64,000 nucleotides of DNA. It comes from Patescibacteria group bacterium (GTDB lineage Bacteria; Patescibacteriota; Microgenomatia; UBA1406; GWC2-37-13). Below are positions 44,201 to 53,095 of this stretch, in pieces (within the stretch, counting starts at the first letter, position 1; every line of letters begins with the position of its first letter). Made by a program: the position numbers and the translations under genes. The DNA lies in assembly GCA_041660785.1 (NCBI GenBank), contig JBAZVQ010000001.1, forward strand, positions 689,538-753,537, written 5' to 3'. The notes under the pieces are model-generated. The model saw nothing but the letters and a program-made list of their open reading frames with translations, did no database searches and had not been told where the DNA came from.

Positions 44201-45034
44201 AGAGTGGTTGAGCTTTATGAGCATATCATGAAAGACTTTGAAAATAACGAATATTTGGATAATAAAGGATATAAAGAAATAAGTGATTTCAAATTTACGT
44301 TTGGTCTGGAAGATACCGATCTTTCTTTAATGGCATTCCGAGGGACTGGTCCAAGAATGGCGGCGCGGGCGATCAAAGATACTGCGACGATAGAAACCGT
44401 AATAGTCCCTTGGATTATCAATATGCCATTGGTTTTAAATGAGATCGCCATCAGTGGGAAAAACGATTTTACTCCAATTATAAAATATATGAGAGAAGCA
44501 CAAAAGGCTATTACCGATGTCAATGGAGTCGAGGACACTTATGAATTTATGTATAAATTGGCTGGGACTGCCATTAATTACTTTAAAAAAGACGCAATGG
44601 CGAAGCCTTTATTTGGACTTTTTAGACTTGGAAAAATAAATTCAATAGCTGGTCAATATGCCGGCCGATCTAGTGCCGTCGTCGAATGGGATTCAAGAGA
44701 TATCGATCGGTTTATTATAACTATGGAGTCATATGGTTTATTAAAAAATAGCCCTTATAATCTCCAGGCAAAAGGAAATAATGATGAATTCTCAGGTGGT
44801 CTATGGGAAGATAGATGGGTGATCAATCCCTTAACCAAAAAACCAATGAAATGGGGGAAAAAAAGGCACGTTGATTATAAATATAACTCTTTGAGGCTCA
44901 GGAAAGAGCATGGGGCCGATGGGAAAGCAATCATGTGGGATTACGTAAATCAATTCTTGCCGCTAGCTGTAATACTTTTGTTATGGAAATATATCAAGGA
45001 TGCACTTGACGAAACAGAGGGGAAGAAAAAATAA
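41279..45034 (+). CDS. Giant orphan protein (1251 aa), C-terminal tail anchor
   Basis: Uninterrupted ORF. Gln/Arg/Asp-rich N-terminus, no signal peptide, single C-terminal TM (FLPLAVILLLWKYI). TGaTATATT box 6 nt upstream of the ATG. No catalytic motif recognised. Confidence 0.75.
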   Translation: MDASNSPEQQNNQQQAREAASRIAAEVRDSNNARYAAVDKISNDAERQRQRDLLDAEISNSIRARMRDQIARDKADVGTTDSPENIKAKADDAKRSLLEIKDLNEKNRVNVVDRRSQFLLDKIVEQIKNGEITDQGVLDVERILGKHLIDGIVFSQPGEQMSDFEKDLKTYYEINPIAATPLVRNLLQNPETYGYGDPKSLSDKISPSKQEETPTEQEDDQKNKPQKEMTEADMDMQRFQADYQYYQNRFTNEQLKLISAFYSPEAIVNYMEKLSIGDDQDKSFLTTQQVKERKEQLKKDIEEYYQKNNKTFEPGNSLEDQVEKHWGEEVSEMMNWRMSDIVNQLFLELQQKSPHKFYEQIMQEDIFTGPSMIQKKIQTAINALMTRVDQLEGKDANSTELTQRMAKLQLYRYATKGHEIEERSDDPNDKNKKIYPRIKPIPYGEKINLGVFIEYVNMTIDQTIHKTEYFHNARAIYKHPPGEKGFYQKLGDFAEQLQGTDIEEILMLPDGQYVLEAYQLYEKMLQEDFAQMDHRHRPDQLTNKLERVNSEIEEEVIAQLIKFYPDLSRQRVKNIVNNAVGVSRGMFLTEAEQSAYADPVDSEGKGMVASYSTNDAGSLNAFNPMHTIMRWQGEHNFNAMYFMPVKGESGPWDHRKAWKNMQKYMDSFYVGKGRGVGKNGLPEEVFADSMMNIGKIGGPGIRKGWRMKQALEGHFVYDDDGTIDAPNTFQAMEAIGYEALYNFVNLKQAGPGLMKATEKINPKELKERKKLFTYIYKKYFYTGDSQDFQESEFDNYMTELQKKGEEKALKAMKGEVRGRENEKGSLSAGSWEEQVAYETSQMFLENMLAHYTAARMPTKFLRIDKNRLHKDGIGNWERVWREFRDRKDNPWQRKDFDHVMKDLGTAEMLLRRQIGKIIRDQIKFDKDWTLDKIDEIRDLPHRLTSNKIRELLSENSSENPNRENKTFKNKDEIDRVVELYEHIMKDFENNEYLDNKGYKEISDFKFTFGLEDTDLSLMAFRGTGPRMAARAIKDTATIETVIVPWIINMPLVLNEIAISGKNDFTPIIKYMREAQKAITDVNGVEDTYEFMYKLAGTAINYFKKDAMAKPLFGLFRLGKINSIAGQYAGRSSAVVEWDSRDIDRFIITMESYGLLKNSPYNLQAKGNNDEFSGGLWEDRWVINPLTKKPMKWGKKRHVDYKYNSLRLRKEHGADGKAIMWDYVNQFLPLAVILLLWKYIKDALDETEGKKK

Positions 45035-45052
45035 ATTTGGTATCATGAAACT

Positions 45053-45841
45053 ATGAAGAAAATATTTTTGGTTTTATTTATTTTAGTAAGTTCGTTTTTA
45101 TTCTTTTCTTTAATTAAAGTTGAGGCTCAAATAACACCAACACCAATACAACAGTCTTTTCAGATGCCGGGAGTGACCTGTGGTGACGCCGAGTCAAAAG
45201 ATCCAAATATTCAAAAATGTTGTTTATCAGGCAACTTATCATTGAAAGATAAAATAGTAGTCCCGGAAGTTTTTTGCGTTAGTGATTTATTGGGTAGTCC
45301 AGTGAAGGCTGGTTGCCCAGGCAATGTAATAAATGGAATAGTCGGCTATTTTTTTTCAGCTTGGCCAATAAAAAATATTGAGGAATATTATACCGGTATA
45401 GCTCAAAAAGTAAATCCGTGTGTTACTGGAAATCCTTCCACTTTGGATTATTCTAACCCAAGTTGTGTCTGTAAAGTAGCTCTGGCTACGACAAAAGTTT
45501 TATGTGATAAATATTTAGCTAATAGTAGAGATTATGGAAGTTGTGTAACTTGTGCGGATAAAGGAGTCTGGACAAGTATCGGTTGCGTAAAAAATGATCT
45601 GAATAGCTTTATTGGAGAGACGGTATTTGGGACAGGGATAGGTTTGGCTGGTGGGCTTTCGTTGCTTTGTATAATCTATGCGGCCTTTATGATGCAGTCA
45701 TCGGAAGGTAATCCGGAAAAACTGAAGAAAGCTCAAGAGATGATTACGAGCTGTATAATGGGATTAATGTTGATAATATTTTCAGTCTTTATATTAAGAT
45801 TAATCGGAGTGAATATATTGAAGATTCCTGGTTTTGGATAA
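45053..45841 (+). CDS. Secreted Cys-rich protein fused to a C-terminal TrbC/VirB2-like pilin module (P4)
   Basis: Signal peptide and a domain rich in cysteines, then IIYAAFMMQSSEGNPEKLKKAQEMITSCIMGLMLII, matching the pilin paralog motif. Confidence 0.65.
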   Translation: MKKIFLVLFILVSSFLFFSLIKVEAQITPTPIQQSFQMPGVTCGDAESKDPNIQKCCLSGNLSLKDKIVVPEVFCVSDLLGSPVKAGCPGNVINGIVGYFFSAWPIKNIEEYYTGIAQKVNPCVTGNPSTLDYSNPSCVCKVALATTKVLCDKYLANSRDYGSCVTCADKGVWTSIGCVKNDLNSFIGETVFGTGIGLAGGLSLLCIIYAAFMMQSSEGNPEKLKKAQEMITSCIMGLMLIIFSVFILRLIGVNILKIPGFG

Positions 45842-45854
45842 CAAACGATTTTTA

Positions 45855-47495
45855 TTATTTATCATATTGACTAGTACTGGCCTGGGCGTTAGGTGTTGAT
45901 CTTCTTAGTTTAGATACGCCTTCCTTAAATAATTTACCGATACCTTGATCACCAGAAAGTGCCGATAAACCAAGACTGATACTTCCAACCTGTCCAAGTA
46001 ACCCTAGCCCACCGCCAACGGCCGCACTGGTCCCGCCAAAATATGTCCCAAGACCGACTTGGATAGGTAACGGTTTTAATCCAATCGCCTCTTTTATTAA
46101 CTTAATAAAATCAGGGATGAGAAACATTATCCCGATCCCGATCAGTGTCCCGAAATATGCCGAGCCCATCTGAGGTAAAAGCGGAGGACTCCAAATATTA
46201 GCTCCACTATTGGACGATTCGATCAAAATAGTGGCAATAAGCATAAAGCAGATGACTAAAGGAAATGAGATTAGATCACCGAGCAAATTTTTAAGCCACC
46301 AACCGAAAACATTTTTACCCGGAATTGCTTCAAATAAAAGTAATATTGGCGAAAATATTATAAGGAGAATAATTTCAATATAAGATTTGAATAAAAGAAA
46401 AGTAATCCTAAAAAATAGAAATATCACTGTAAACCAGACAAAAAGAGAAATTACGGCGGGCAATAATATAAATGTGGAAAGAAAAAGAATAATAACCCAG
46501 ATTGGAAATTTAAAAATTGCTTCCACAGCATTTTTTGTCCAATTACCTAGAGCTGAAAATTTACCGATGTCACCAGTAAAAAAATCACCAAGAACAGGAA
46601 TTCCTTGTACTAAGAAACTGGTAATAAAAGCAACAATAACAGTAAAAATAATTCTCGCTATAGTAGGTAAAAAACTTAATAAAGCTTCGCCGATCCCCCA
46701 AATATTACCCAACTTACTGAAAATAAACCAACTATTTCCTCCTAAAAAAGCATTTTGATATGTTTGAACATCGATATGGACATCGGGATTTTTACTGAGA
46801 ATGGAAATAATTAAGACAATTAGTACATACATTAAGTCGATCATAAATCCGGCTATAGCAAAAGAAAAAGTAATTAATATTAAAGAAATAACTATTTTAG
46901 GAAGCGCATTTTCAACGGAGATGACGGTTTGAGGATTGATCTTAGTTCGAAACATTACCATAAATCCTATCGCGATCAAAATGACTACAAGAAGCATATA
47001 AGAAAGGTCCCGGAAGATCTTCCAAAGATTGGAAAACGGCTTGATCGCAGCAAAACCAATACCCTCGGCAGCCATAGTCTTTGGTATAAAACCGGCCTGT
47101 TGAAGGCTATCGGAAACCCATGCTATACCTGAAGCAGGTGGATTTGAATAGGGCATAGCTATCAAATTACCCACAAAACCAAAAAAACTTTTACCATAAT
47201 TTTTATCAGCGTCAGCAGGGTTTTTAGTACAGGCTTCACCAAGCATAATGCACATTGATGTTTTGTAAACTGCAATAGTTAGTTTTCCTTGCTGAGTCTT
47301 ATTAAGCTCTTTGTCGTTAATAACCTTGTAAATTTCTATACGGTTTTGTTTGATCGGGTCTGATTTAGTGGAGGATAAGGCGATTTTATCTTTACCAATA
47401 AAATTGGAAAATAGAGTAATGACGATAAAGAAAACAGCTACGACGAGAAAAGCCTTTTTTAGAAAACTAAATGCAGGATTCAAAAATAAGAACAT
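45855..47495 (-). CDS. Polytopic membrane protein (about 10 or more TM), VirB6/TrbL-like by architecture only
   Basis: Signal anchor, about 130-aa ectodomain, then a dense TM bundle and a Gly-rich tail. Functional call rests on context with the pilin genes. Confidence 0.5.
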   Translation of the reverse strand: MFLFLNPAFSFLKKAFLVVAVFFIVITLFSNFIGKDKIALSSTKSDPIKQNRIEIYKVINDKELNKTQQGKLTIAVYKTSMCIMLGEACTKNPADADKNYGKSFFGFVGNLIAMPYSNPPASGIAWVSDSLQQAGFIPKTMAAEGIGFAAIKPFSNLWKIFRDLSYMLLVVILIAIGFMVMFRTKINPQTVISVENALPKIVISLILITFSFAIAGFMIDLMYVLIVLIISILSKNPDVHIDVQTYQNAFLGGNSWFIFSKLGNIWGIGEALLSFLPTIARIIFTVIVAFITSFLVQGIPVLGDFFTGDIGKFSALGNWTKNAVEAIFKFPIWVIILFLSTFILLPAVISLFVWFTVIFLFFRITFLLFKSYIEIILLIIFSPILLLFEAIPGKNVFGWWLKNLLGDLISFPLVICFMLIATILIESSNSGANIWSPPLLPQMGSAYFGTLIGIGIMFLIPDFIKLIKEAIGLKPLPIQVGLGTYFGGTSAAVGGGLGLLGQVGSISLGLSALSGDQGIGKLFKEGVSKLRRSTPNAQASTSQYDK

Positions 47496-47530
47496 AATTT
47501 GATTATAGCAAGAATTTAGAATAGAAAATT

Positions 47531-47974
47531 TTATTTTAATAAGAACTGTTCTGCACCTAATCCCGGGTAGTTTGCCGTTCTCCAGCTCTCAAATTCTTTC
47601 TGGGCCTGATCTTTTGGGTCGTGCAGCGTGACTACGAATTTATCGGTGCCGTAGTCAAAATCGATCGTAAAGGTAGAAAGGTTGAGCGGAGTTTTTAGAC
47701 GGAGATCTTTTTTTTGGATGGAAGTATTAAGGACTTGGGCGGGTAACTGCTCCTCGGCAACTCCGGTAAAGTCGGAGGCCGGAACAGTCGCTTGTTGATT
47801 ATTTGTTATTGACTGTTGACTTGTGTCGATCGAAGTAGGTGTAGGAAGAGAACCAGTTGAAGGACTTTGTGGATTGGTGGTTTTTTTAGAAAAAGGAATA
47901 ATGAGAATAAGTATAAATAATACTATTAACGCGAAGGAAATTCCGAGATAAACTTTAATGTTCGAATTGTCCAT
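47531..47974 (-). CDS. Membrane-anchored protein with Pro/Ser/Thr/Gln linker and small C-terminal domain
   Basis: C-terminal FTIDFDYGTDKFVVTLHDPKDQAQKEFESWRTANYPGL resembles FKLQYSSRLQKIVVEKKTPQAETEFVNWANQNSFPQL in the next gene. Confidence 0.6.
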   Translation of the reverse strand: MDNSNIKVYLGISFALIVLFILILIIPFSKKTTNPQSPSTGSLPTPTSIDTSQQSITNNQQATVPASDFTGVAEEQLPAQVLNTSIQKKDLRLKTPLNLSTFTIDFDYGTDKFVVTLHDPKDQAQKEFESWRTANYPGLGAEQFLLK

Positions 47975-47979
47975 AATTA

Positions 47980-49068
47980 TTACTTTTTAACTCCAAATGC
48001 TAATCGGTACAACGGGTATGGGTAACGAGTATTTTCATTATAGGGGATTTCATAACGGCCGTAGGCAGGATCATAGGCATATATGTTCCCTTTAGCATCT
48101 ATATCGGTGATCCAAAAATAGTGACCGCAACCTCCATCACAAAAACTGGCCAAAGTAAAGAAAGTCCAGCCCGCCGCTAAATATTTCTTCAGGTCAGGAA
48201 CAACCGTATCGGACCTTTCGGCATTAAAGACAAGATAATCGGTAGTTTTTAAACCTAAATCTTGCAGGATCTGTTTGGCATCGGAGTAACGTGAACCATC
48301 ACAACCGAGCAAATATCCTTTAGATTGGTACATATTAACAATAGTTTTTGGTGTGTAGCTGTTTCCTAAATAACTGGCAGCGATCATAGAGACGGTTGTT
48401 GGTCCACAACCAGCCTGACACAAGTTACAACCATCGGGAAGAGGGAGGTCGCCCTGATCTCCACATTGAGGATAGTAGGTGAAAGAGGGGCTAGGGGCTA
48501 GACTGTTAGGGGCTAGGGAGGAAGGGCTGGGAGATTGGAGGGTAGAAGATGGGTTAGCTTGATTATTATTTGAGGAAGGATTGCCCTGCCCCATGTTCAT
48601 AAAGATGTTCAGGAAATCAATGACGGGATTAAAATCGTCAGGATTTTTTCCCTGATCAACGATCAAGGTCAAATTCTGATTACCGATGAGTTGGGGAAAA
48701 CTATTTTGATTGGCCCAGTTAACAAATTCAGTTTCAGCCTGAGGTGTTTTTTTTTCAACGACAATTTTTTGAAGTCTGGAAGAGTATTGAAGTTTAAAAT
48801 CAGCGGTTTCGACCGGTGTGATAGCTGAAAGTTTAGCTAAAACGTCTGGAGAAACGTCTAGAGAATTGACGATGGTAGTTGGGATCGGAAGTTGGTTAGG
48901 GGATTGTGAAGGTAGCGATTGTAGCGATTGATCGGTAGGAATACTGGTTGGAAAAGGGGTATTTTTTTGAGTTGTCGTCGTTGATTTTTTCCCAAGAGAA
49001 AGGATTATAGAAATTATTACCAAAAGGATTAGGAAAGCTCCTGCAAGAACAATATATATTTTTTTCAT
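47980..49068 (-). CDS. Membrane-anchored protein with C-terminal peptidase-C39-like (papain-fold) domain
   Basis: QAGCGPTTVSMIA (catalytic Cys context) and GGCGHYFWITDID (His context). Linker rich in P/S/Q/N. Confidence 0.6.
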   Translation of the reverse strand: MKKIYIVLAGAFLILLVIISIILSLGKKSTTTTQKNTPFPTSIPTDQSLQSLPSQSPNQLPIPTTIVNSLDVSPDVLAKLSAITPVETADFKLQYSSRLQKIVVEKKTPQAETEFVNWANQNSFPQLIGNQNLTLIVDQGKNPDDFNPVIDFLNIFMNMGQGNPSSNNNQANPSSTLQSPSPSSLAPNSLAPSPSFTYYPQCGDQGDLPLPDGCNLCQAGCGPTTVSMIAASYLGNSYTPKTIVNMYQSKGYLLGCDGSRYSDAKQILQDLGLKTTDYLVFNAERSDTVVPDLKKYLAAGWTFFTLASFCDGGCGHYFWITDIDAKGNIYAYDPAYGRYEIPYNENTRYPYPLYRLAFGVKK

Positions 49069-49077
49069 AAAAAACTC

Positions 49078-49097
49078 GGGTTTGATGAATCAAACCC
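49078..49097 (-). other. Perfect 9-bp hairpin plus U-tract immediately upstream of start codon 49068
   Basis: Minus strand GGGTTTGAT-TC-ATCAAACCC GAGTTTTT ATG. Confidence 0.6.
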
Positions 49098-49112
49098 CTA
49101 CATTTAAAACAT

Positions 49113-49141
49113 TTGACTTTTAATGCTATTTTCTTGATAAT
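49113..49141 (+). promoter_or_regulatory. Promoter TTGACT-N17-GATAAT for the Clp ATPase gene
   Basis: TTGACT 49113-49118, GATAAT 49136-49141, ATG 49148 six nt later (leaderless geometry). Confidence 0.55.
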
Positions 49142-49147
49142 GAAAAT

Positions 49148-52069
49148 ATGGCCGACTATTTTGATTTTATTAAAAAACCACAGAACAATGCAACAGGTAA
49201 TTCGAATGTGAGCCCAGTTGGACAAGATCAAAAATCAAATATCAAAGATCAAAACGACAAATCAAACATTCCTTCTCCCGCTCCCACTATTCAAAATCCC
49301 ACAAAACCCGAAGTTAAAGTTCCCAACCAAGTAACCAAACAACCAACTAACCAAGCTACTAACAATTTAGATTTGATGACTCACTTGACTCAACGATCCA
49401 ATCGGGTCATGATGGCCGCACAAACAAAAGCAAAAGAATTAAAATCAGAGCTAGTCGATAGTGAGCATCTTTTATACGCTTTGACAACCGATAGTGAAAT
49501 ATACAACTTATTGGTTGAAATGAAGATCCAACCACAGTTAATTACCGATGAATTAACAAAAATTTATAAACGCGGAACAGTCGATCGAGTAGTCCAATTT
49601 TCTCCGAGAATAAAAAAGATTCTCAATGACGCTTTGGTAATAGCCAGAAAATTAGGATTTGAATTTATTGCTCCGGAACATTTATTACTATCGATATTTG
49701 AAGAAGGTGAAGGAGTAGGAGCACGAGTTTTGGTTAAATTAGGTTTAAATAAAGAAGACCTAAATAAAAAAGTCGTCGGAAAAAAGGAAGGGTTAAACGA
49801 AGAGGAAAAGAAAGCTGAAAGTAAGAAAAAATCGTTAGAACAGTTTACGATCGATTTAACCGCCAAGGCTTCTCAAGGGTTACTTGATGCGGTAGTTGAA
49901 AGATCGGCCGTTATCGAACGAGTTATTCATATTTTATCCCGTCGAACCAAAAATAATCCGTCGTTGGTTGGTGAAGCTGGAGTAGGAAAAACTGCCATAG
50001 TTGAAGGTTTAGCTGAAAAGATTGTTGCCAAAGAAGTACCTGAACCATTATTAAATAAAAGAATCCTTCAATTGGATCTAATGAGTATGTTGGCCGGTGC
50101 TTCTCACCGTGGTGAGTTTGAAGAACGAATGAAGGATTTGATTGAAGAAGTAAAAGCCAGCCAAGGTCAGATTATTCTTTTTATTGATGAAATCCACAAT
50201 ATAGTTGGGGCAGGTGCGTCAGGCGAAGGATCTCTTGATGCATCTAACTTTTTAAAACCGGCGCTTGCTCGCGGAGAAATTCAAATTGTTGGAGCAACAA
50301 CCTTAACTGAATATAGAAAATATATTGAAAAAGATCCGGCGCTTGAAAGACGATTTCAACCTGTTTTGGTCCCAGAACCGACAGTAGAGCAGGGAATAAA
50401 AATGCTTAAAGCCATAAAAGATAAATATGAAGCTTTTCATCGAGTTAAGATCCCGGATGATGCGATTGAGGCAGCTGTCATTTTATCGAAGCGTTATGTG
50501 GGTGACCGGTTTTTGCCAGATAAAGCCGTTGATCTTATTGATGAGGGCGCGTCAGCAGTTCGACTGCCTTTAATTTCACTGCCCGAAGAGATAAAATCTT
50601 TAGAAACAAGAATTGCTCAACTCAATCAAGAGCTAAAAGAATCGGAAAAGAAAACCGATAAAGTTAAGTCGAGAATATTGCGATCAAAAATAGATGAAAT
50701 CAACTCCGGTTTAAAGGAGAAAAAAGAAGAGTTTAGTCTTAAAAAAAGTCAGTCAACCGGGGTTGTAACAGTCGATATTATTAAGGACATTATTGCCCGT
50801 TGGACGGGAATACCTGTTGCAAAAATTTCGTCTACTGAAACAGAAAAGTTAGCTCATTTGGAAGATATTATTCACAAAAGGTTAATCGATCAGGAAGGTG
50901 CGGTAGCTTCTGTCTCCCAAGCGGTTCGCCGTGGTAGGGCGGGGTTAAAATCGGCAGTCCGACCAATCGGGAGCTTTATTTTTCTTGGTCCAACTGGAGT
51001 AGGAAAAACTGAGCTCGCCAAAGCGCTCGCCGACATTTTGTTTGGAAGTGAAGATTTGATGATTAGATTTGATATGACCGAGTACATGGAGAAACATGAA
51101 GTAGCCAAATTACTTGGTGCTCCTCCAGGTTATGTTGGTTATGAAGAAGGTGGAAAACTGACAGAACAGGTAAGACGAAAACCCTACAGTGTTGTTCTTT
51201 TTGATGAAGTTGAAAAAGCTCATCCGGATATTTTTAATATTCTTCTCCAGATCTTGGATGACGGAAGGTTGACTGATAATAAAGGTCGTACAATTTCTTT
51301 TAAAAATACTGTTGTGATTTGTACATCAAATTTAGGAACAAAATTGATTCAGGATGAAATGTTAAAAGATCAAATCAAAAATCAAAAATCAAAAATCAAA
51401 ACGACAAATCAAAAATCAAAAATTGAAGACGAAAATGACAAAAATAAATTCAAGATTGTAAAAGAAAAAGTCATGGTGGAGTTGACCAAGTTTTTTAAAC
51501 CGGAGTTGATCAACCGTTTTGATGAGGTGATTGTTTTTGAGCCACTAAGGTTTCAAGATATGGTCGAAATAGTCAAATTGCAGATGAAGGGGATAATTAA
51601 ATTAATTGAGGAACAAGATATGGGATTTGCCTATACAGACGAAGTGATTCAAGAAGTTGTCAAGACAGGTTTTGATCCATTATATGGAGCTCGACCTTTA
51701 AGACGGGCAATTCAAAAATTAATTGAAAATCCGATTTCCAATTTAATTATTGAAGGCAAAGTCAAACCAGGGGATTTAATTAGAGCCAGAGTAGATAAAG
51801 ATGAATTAATCTTTGAAATAGAAAAAACTGTTTATCTACCAAAAAATGTTAAAAATTATCATTGCCAGGCCTGTGGATGGGATTTTGAAAATGAATTAGT
51901 TATTAATTCAACAATTATTTGTCCAAAATGTTTAAAACACGGTGAAAAAATTTTAATAGTGGAAAAACCAAAATTACAAGATTTAAAAGTACCCGAACCC
52001 AGTGTCAAAGAAGTTGGTAAAACCACCGATTTAAAACCTCAGGAGAATGTTGACAAAAAAGTTGTATGA
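49148..52069 (+). CDS. ClpC-like class-I AAA+ unfoldase with low-complexity N-terminal extension and C-terminal zinc ribbon
   Basis: Two Clp_N repeats, NBD1 [12 protein letters not shown]2 GPTGVGKTE, short M-domain. C-terminal CQACG...CPKC. An alternative start is ATG 49376. Confidence 0.88.
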   Translation: MADYFDFIKKPQNNATGNSNVSPVGQDQKSNIKDQNDKSNIPSPAPTIQNPTKPEVKVPNQVTKQPTNQATNNLDLMTHLTQRSNRVMMAAQTKAKELKSELVDSEHLLYALTTDSEIYNLLVEMKIQPQLITDELTKIYKRGTVDRVVQFSPRIKKILNDALVIARKLGFEFIAPEHLLLSIFEEGEGVGARVLVKLGLNKEDLNKKVVGKKEGLNEEEKKAESKKKSLEQFTIDLTAKASQGLLDAVVERSAVIERVIHILSRRTKNNPSLVGEAGVGKTAIVEGLAEKIVAKEVPEPLLNKRILQLDLMSMLAGASHRGEFEERMKDLIEEVKASQGQIILFIDEIHNIVGAGASGEGSLDASNFLKPALARGEIQIVGATTLTEYRKYIEKDPALERRFQPVLVPEPTVEQGIKMLKAIKDKYEAFHRVKIPDDAIEAAVILSKRYVGDRFLPDKAVDLIDEGASAVRLPLISLPEEIKSLETRIAQLNQELKESEKKTDKVKSRILRSKIDEINSGLKEKKEEFSLKKSQSTGVVTVDIIKDIIARWTGIPVAKISSTETEKLAHLEDIIHKRLIDQEGAVASVSQAVRRGRAGLKSAVRPIGSFIFLGPTGVGKTELAKALADILFGSEDLMIRFDMTEYMEKHEVAKLLGAPPGYVGYEEGGKLTEQVRRKPYSVVLFDEVEKAHPDIFNILLQILDDGRLTDNKGRTISFKNTVVICTSNLGTKLIQDEMLKDQIKNQKSKIKTTNQKSKIEDENDKNKFKIVKEKVMVELTKFFKPELINRFDEVIVFEPLRFQDMVEIVKLQMKGIIKLIEEQDMGFAYTDEVIQEVVKTGFDPLYGARPLRRAIQKLIENPISNLIIEGKVKPGDLIRARVDKDELIFEIEKTVYLPKNVKNYHCQACGWDFENELVINSTIICPKCLKHGEKILIVEKPKLQDLKVPEPSVKEVGKTTDLKPQENVDKKVV
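49226..49267. repeat. ATCAAAA-type heptamer repeat, copy in the Clp N-terminal extension
   Basis: GATCAAA AATCAAA TATCAAA GATCAAA ACGACAA ATCAAAC encodes [14 protein letters not shown]. Confidence 0.8.
51368..51448. repeat. ATCAAAA-type heptamer repeat, copy inside Clp NBD2
   Basis: GATCAA (ATCAAAA)x4 CGACAAA TCAAAAA TCAAAAA TTGAAGA... encodes [26 protein letters not shown]. Confidence 0.8.
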
Positions 52070-52383
52070 AAAATTTACTCGCCCAATCACTTAACTTAGG
52101 TGCGCAAACGATTAATGGCCCTCTTGATTCCAGTGTCGACTCACTAGGTGCGATAATTACAAAAGCCCTAAATTTTATCATGCCAATGGCAGGAATCATC
52201 CTTTTATTTGTTTTAATTTCCGGAGGTTACGACTACATGATGTCTCAGGGAAATGCCGATAAAATAAAAGCCGGTCAGGCAAAAATTACATCCGGTATAG
52301 TTGGCTTTATTCTTTTAATTATTTCCTTTCTTATCACGAGATTAATTGCTGCTATCTTTGGTCTTGGTGGCGGAATCTTTTAG
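52066..52383 (+). CDS. TrbC/VirB2-like pilin paralog P3
   Basis: SGGYDYMMSQGNADKIKAGQAKITSGIVGFILL. ATGA overlap with the Clp gene stop. Confidence 0.65.
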   Translation: MKNLLAQSLNLGAQTINGPLDSSVDSLGAIITKALNFIMPMAGIILLFVLISGGYDYMMSQGNADKIKAGQAKITSGIVGFILLIISFLITRLIAAIFGLGGGIF

Positions 52384-52399
52384 GGTATAATATATTCAT

Positions 52400-53095
52400 A
52401 TGCAAGAATCTCCGATTGTCATTTCCGTTGGTGGTAGTTTAATAGTTCCCAACGGTGGTATAAATACCGACTTTTTAATTAAACTAAATCAATTAATCAG
52501 AGAAGAAGTTGCAAATGGAAAAAGGTTTATGCTGATTGCTGGAGGTGGAAAGTTAGCGCGACGATATCAGGAAGCAGGGTCAGCGGTCATTGGAAAGTTA
52601 ACCAAGGAAGATCTTGATTGGTTGGGTATTCATTCAACCCATCTTAATGGTCAGTTACTTAGAACAATATTTCAAGATATCTCAAATCCCCGTGTCATGC
52701 AACACTATGATCGAAAACTAGAAAATTGGACAGAGCCGGTCGCAATCGGTGCTGGCTGGATGCCGGGTTGTTCAACCGATTATGATGCAGTAATTTTGGC
52801 CCGTGATCATAAGGCAAAAATAATAATTAATATGTCAAATATAGATTATGTTTTTGACAAGGACCCCGGTAAATTTTCTGATGCTAAACCTTTAAAAAAT
52901 ATCACCTGGAAAGAAATGGAGGAATTGGTTGGAGACAAATGGTTGCCTGGCCACAACTCACCATTTGATCCCATTGCAACAAAACTTGCTAAAAGTTTAA
53001 ACCTAACGGTTGCGATAGCTAATGGAAACGACATGGAAAATATAAAAAAAATTATTAATAATGAATCTTTCAAAGGAACCGTCATAAGCCCATGA
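52400..53095 (+). CDS. pyrH: UMP kinase, archaeal type
   Basis: VISVGGSLIVP, AGGGKLARRY, GCSTDYDA and a C-terminal GT.I.P ending parallel archaeal PyrH. TATAAT box 8 nt upstream of the ATG. Confidence 0.85.
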   Translation: MQESPIVISVGGSLIVPNGGINTDFLIKLNQLIREEVANGKRFMLIAGGGKLARRYQEAGSAVIGKLTKEDLDWLGIHSTHLNGQLLRTIFQDISNPRVMQHYDRKLENWTEPVAIGAGWMPGCSTDYDAVILARDHKAKIIINMSNIDYVFDKDPGKFSDAKPLKNITWKEMEELVGDKWLPGHNSPFDPIATKLAKSLNLTVAIANGNDMENIKKIINNESFKGTVISP

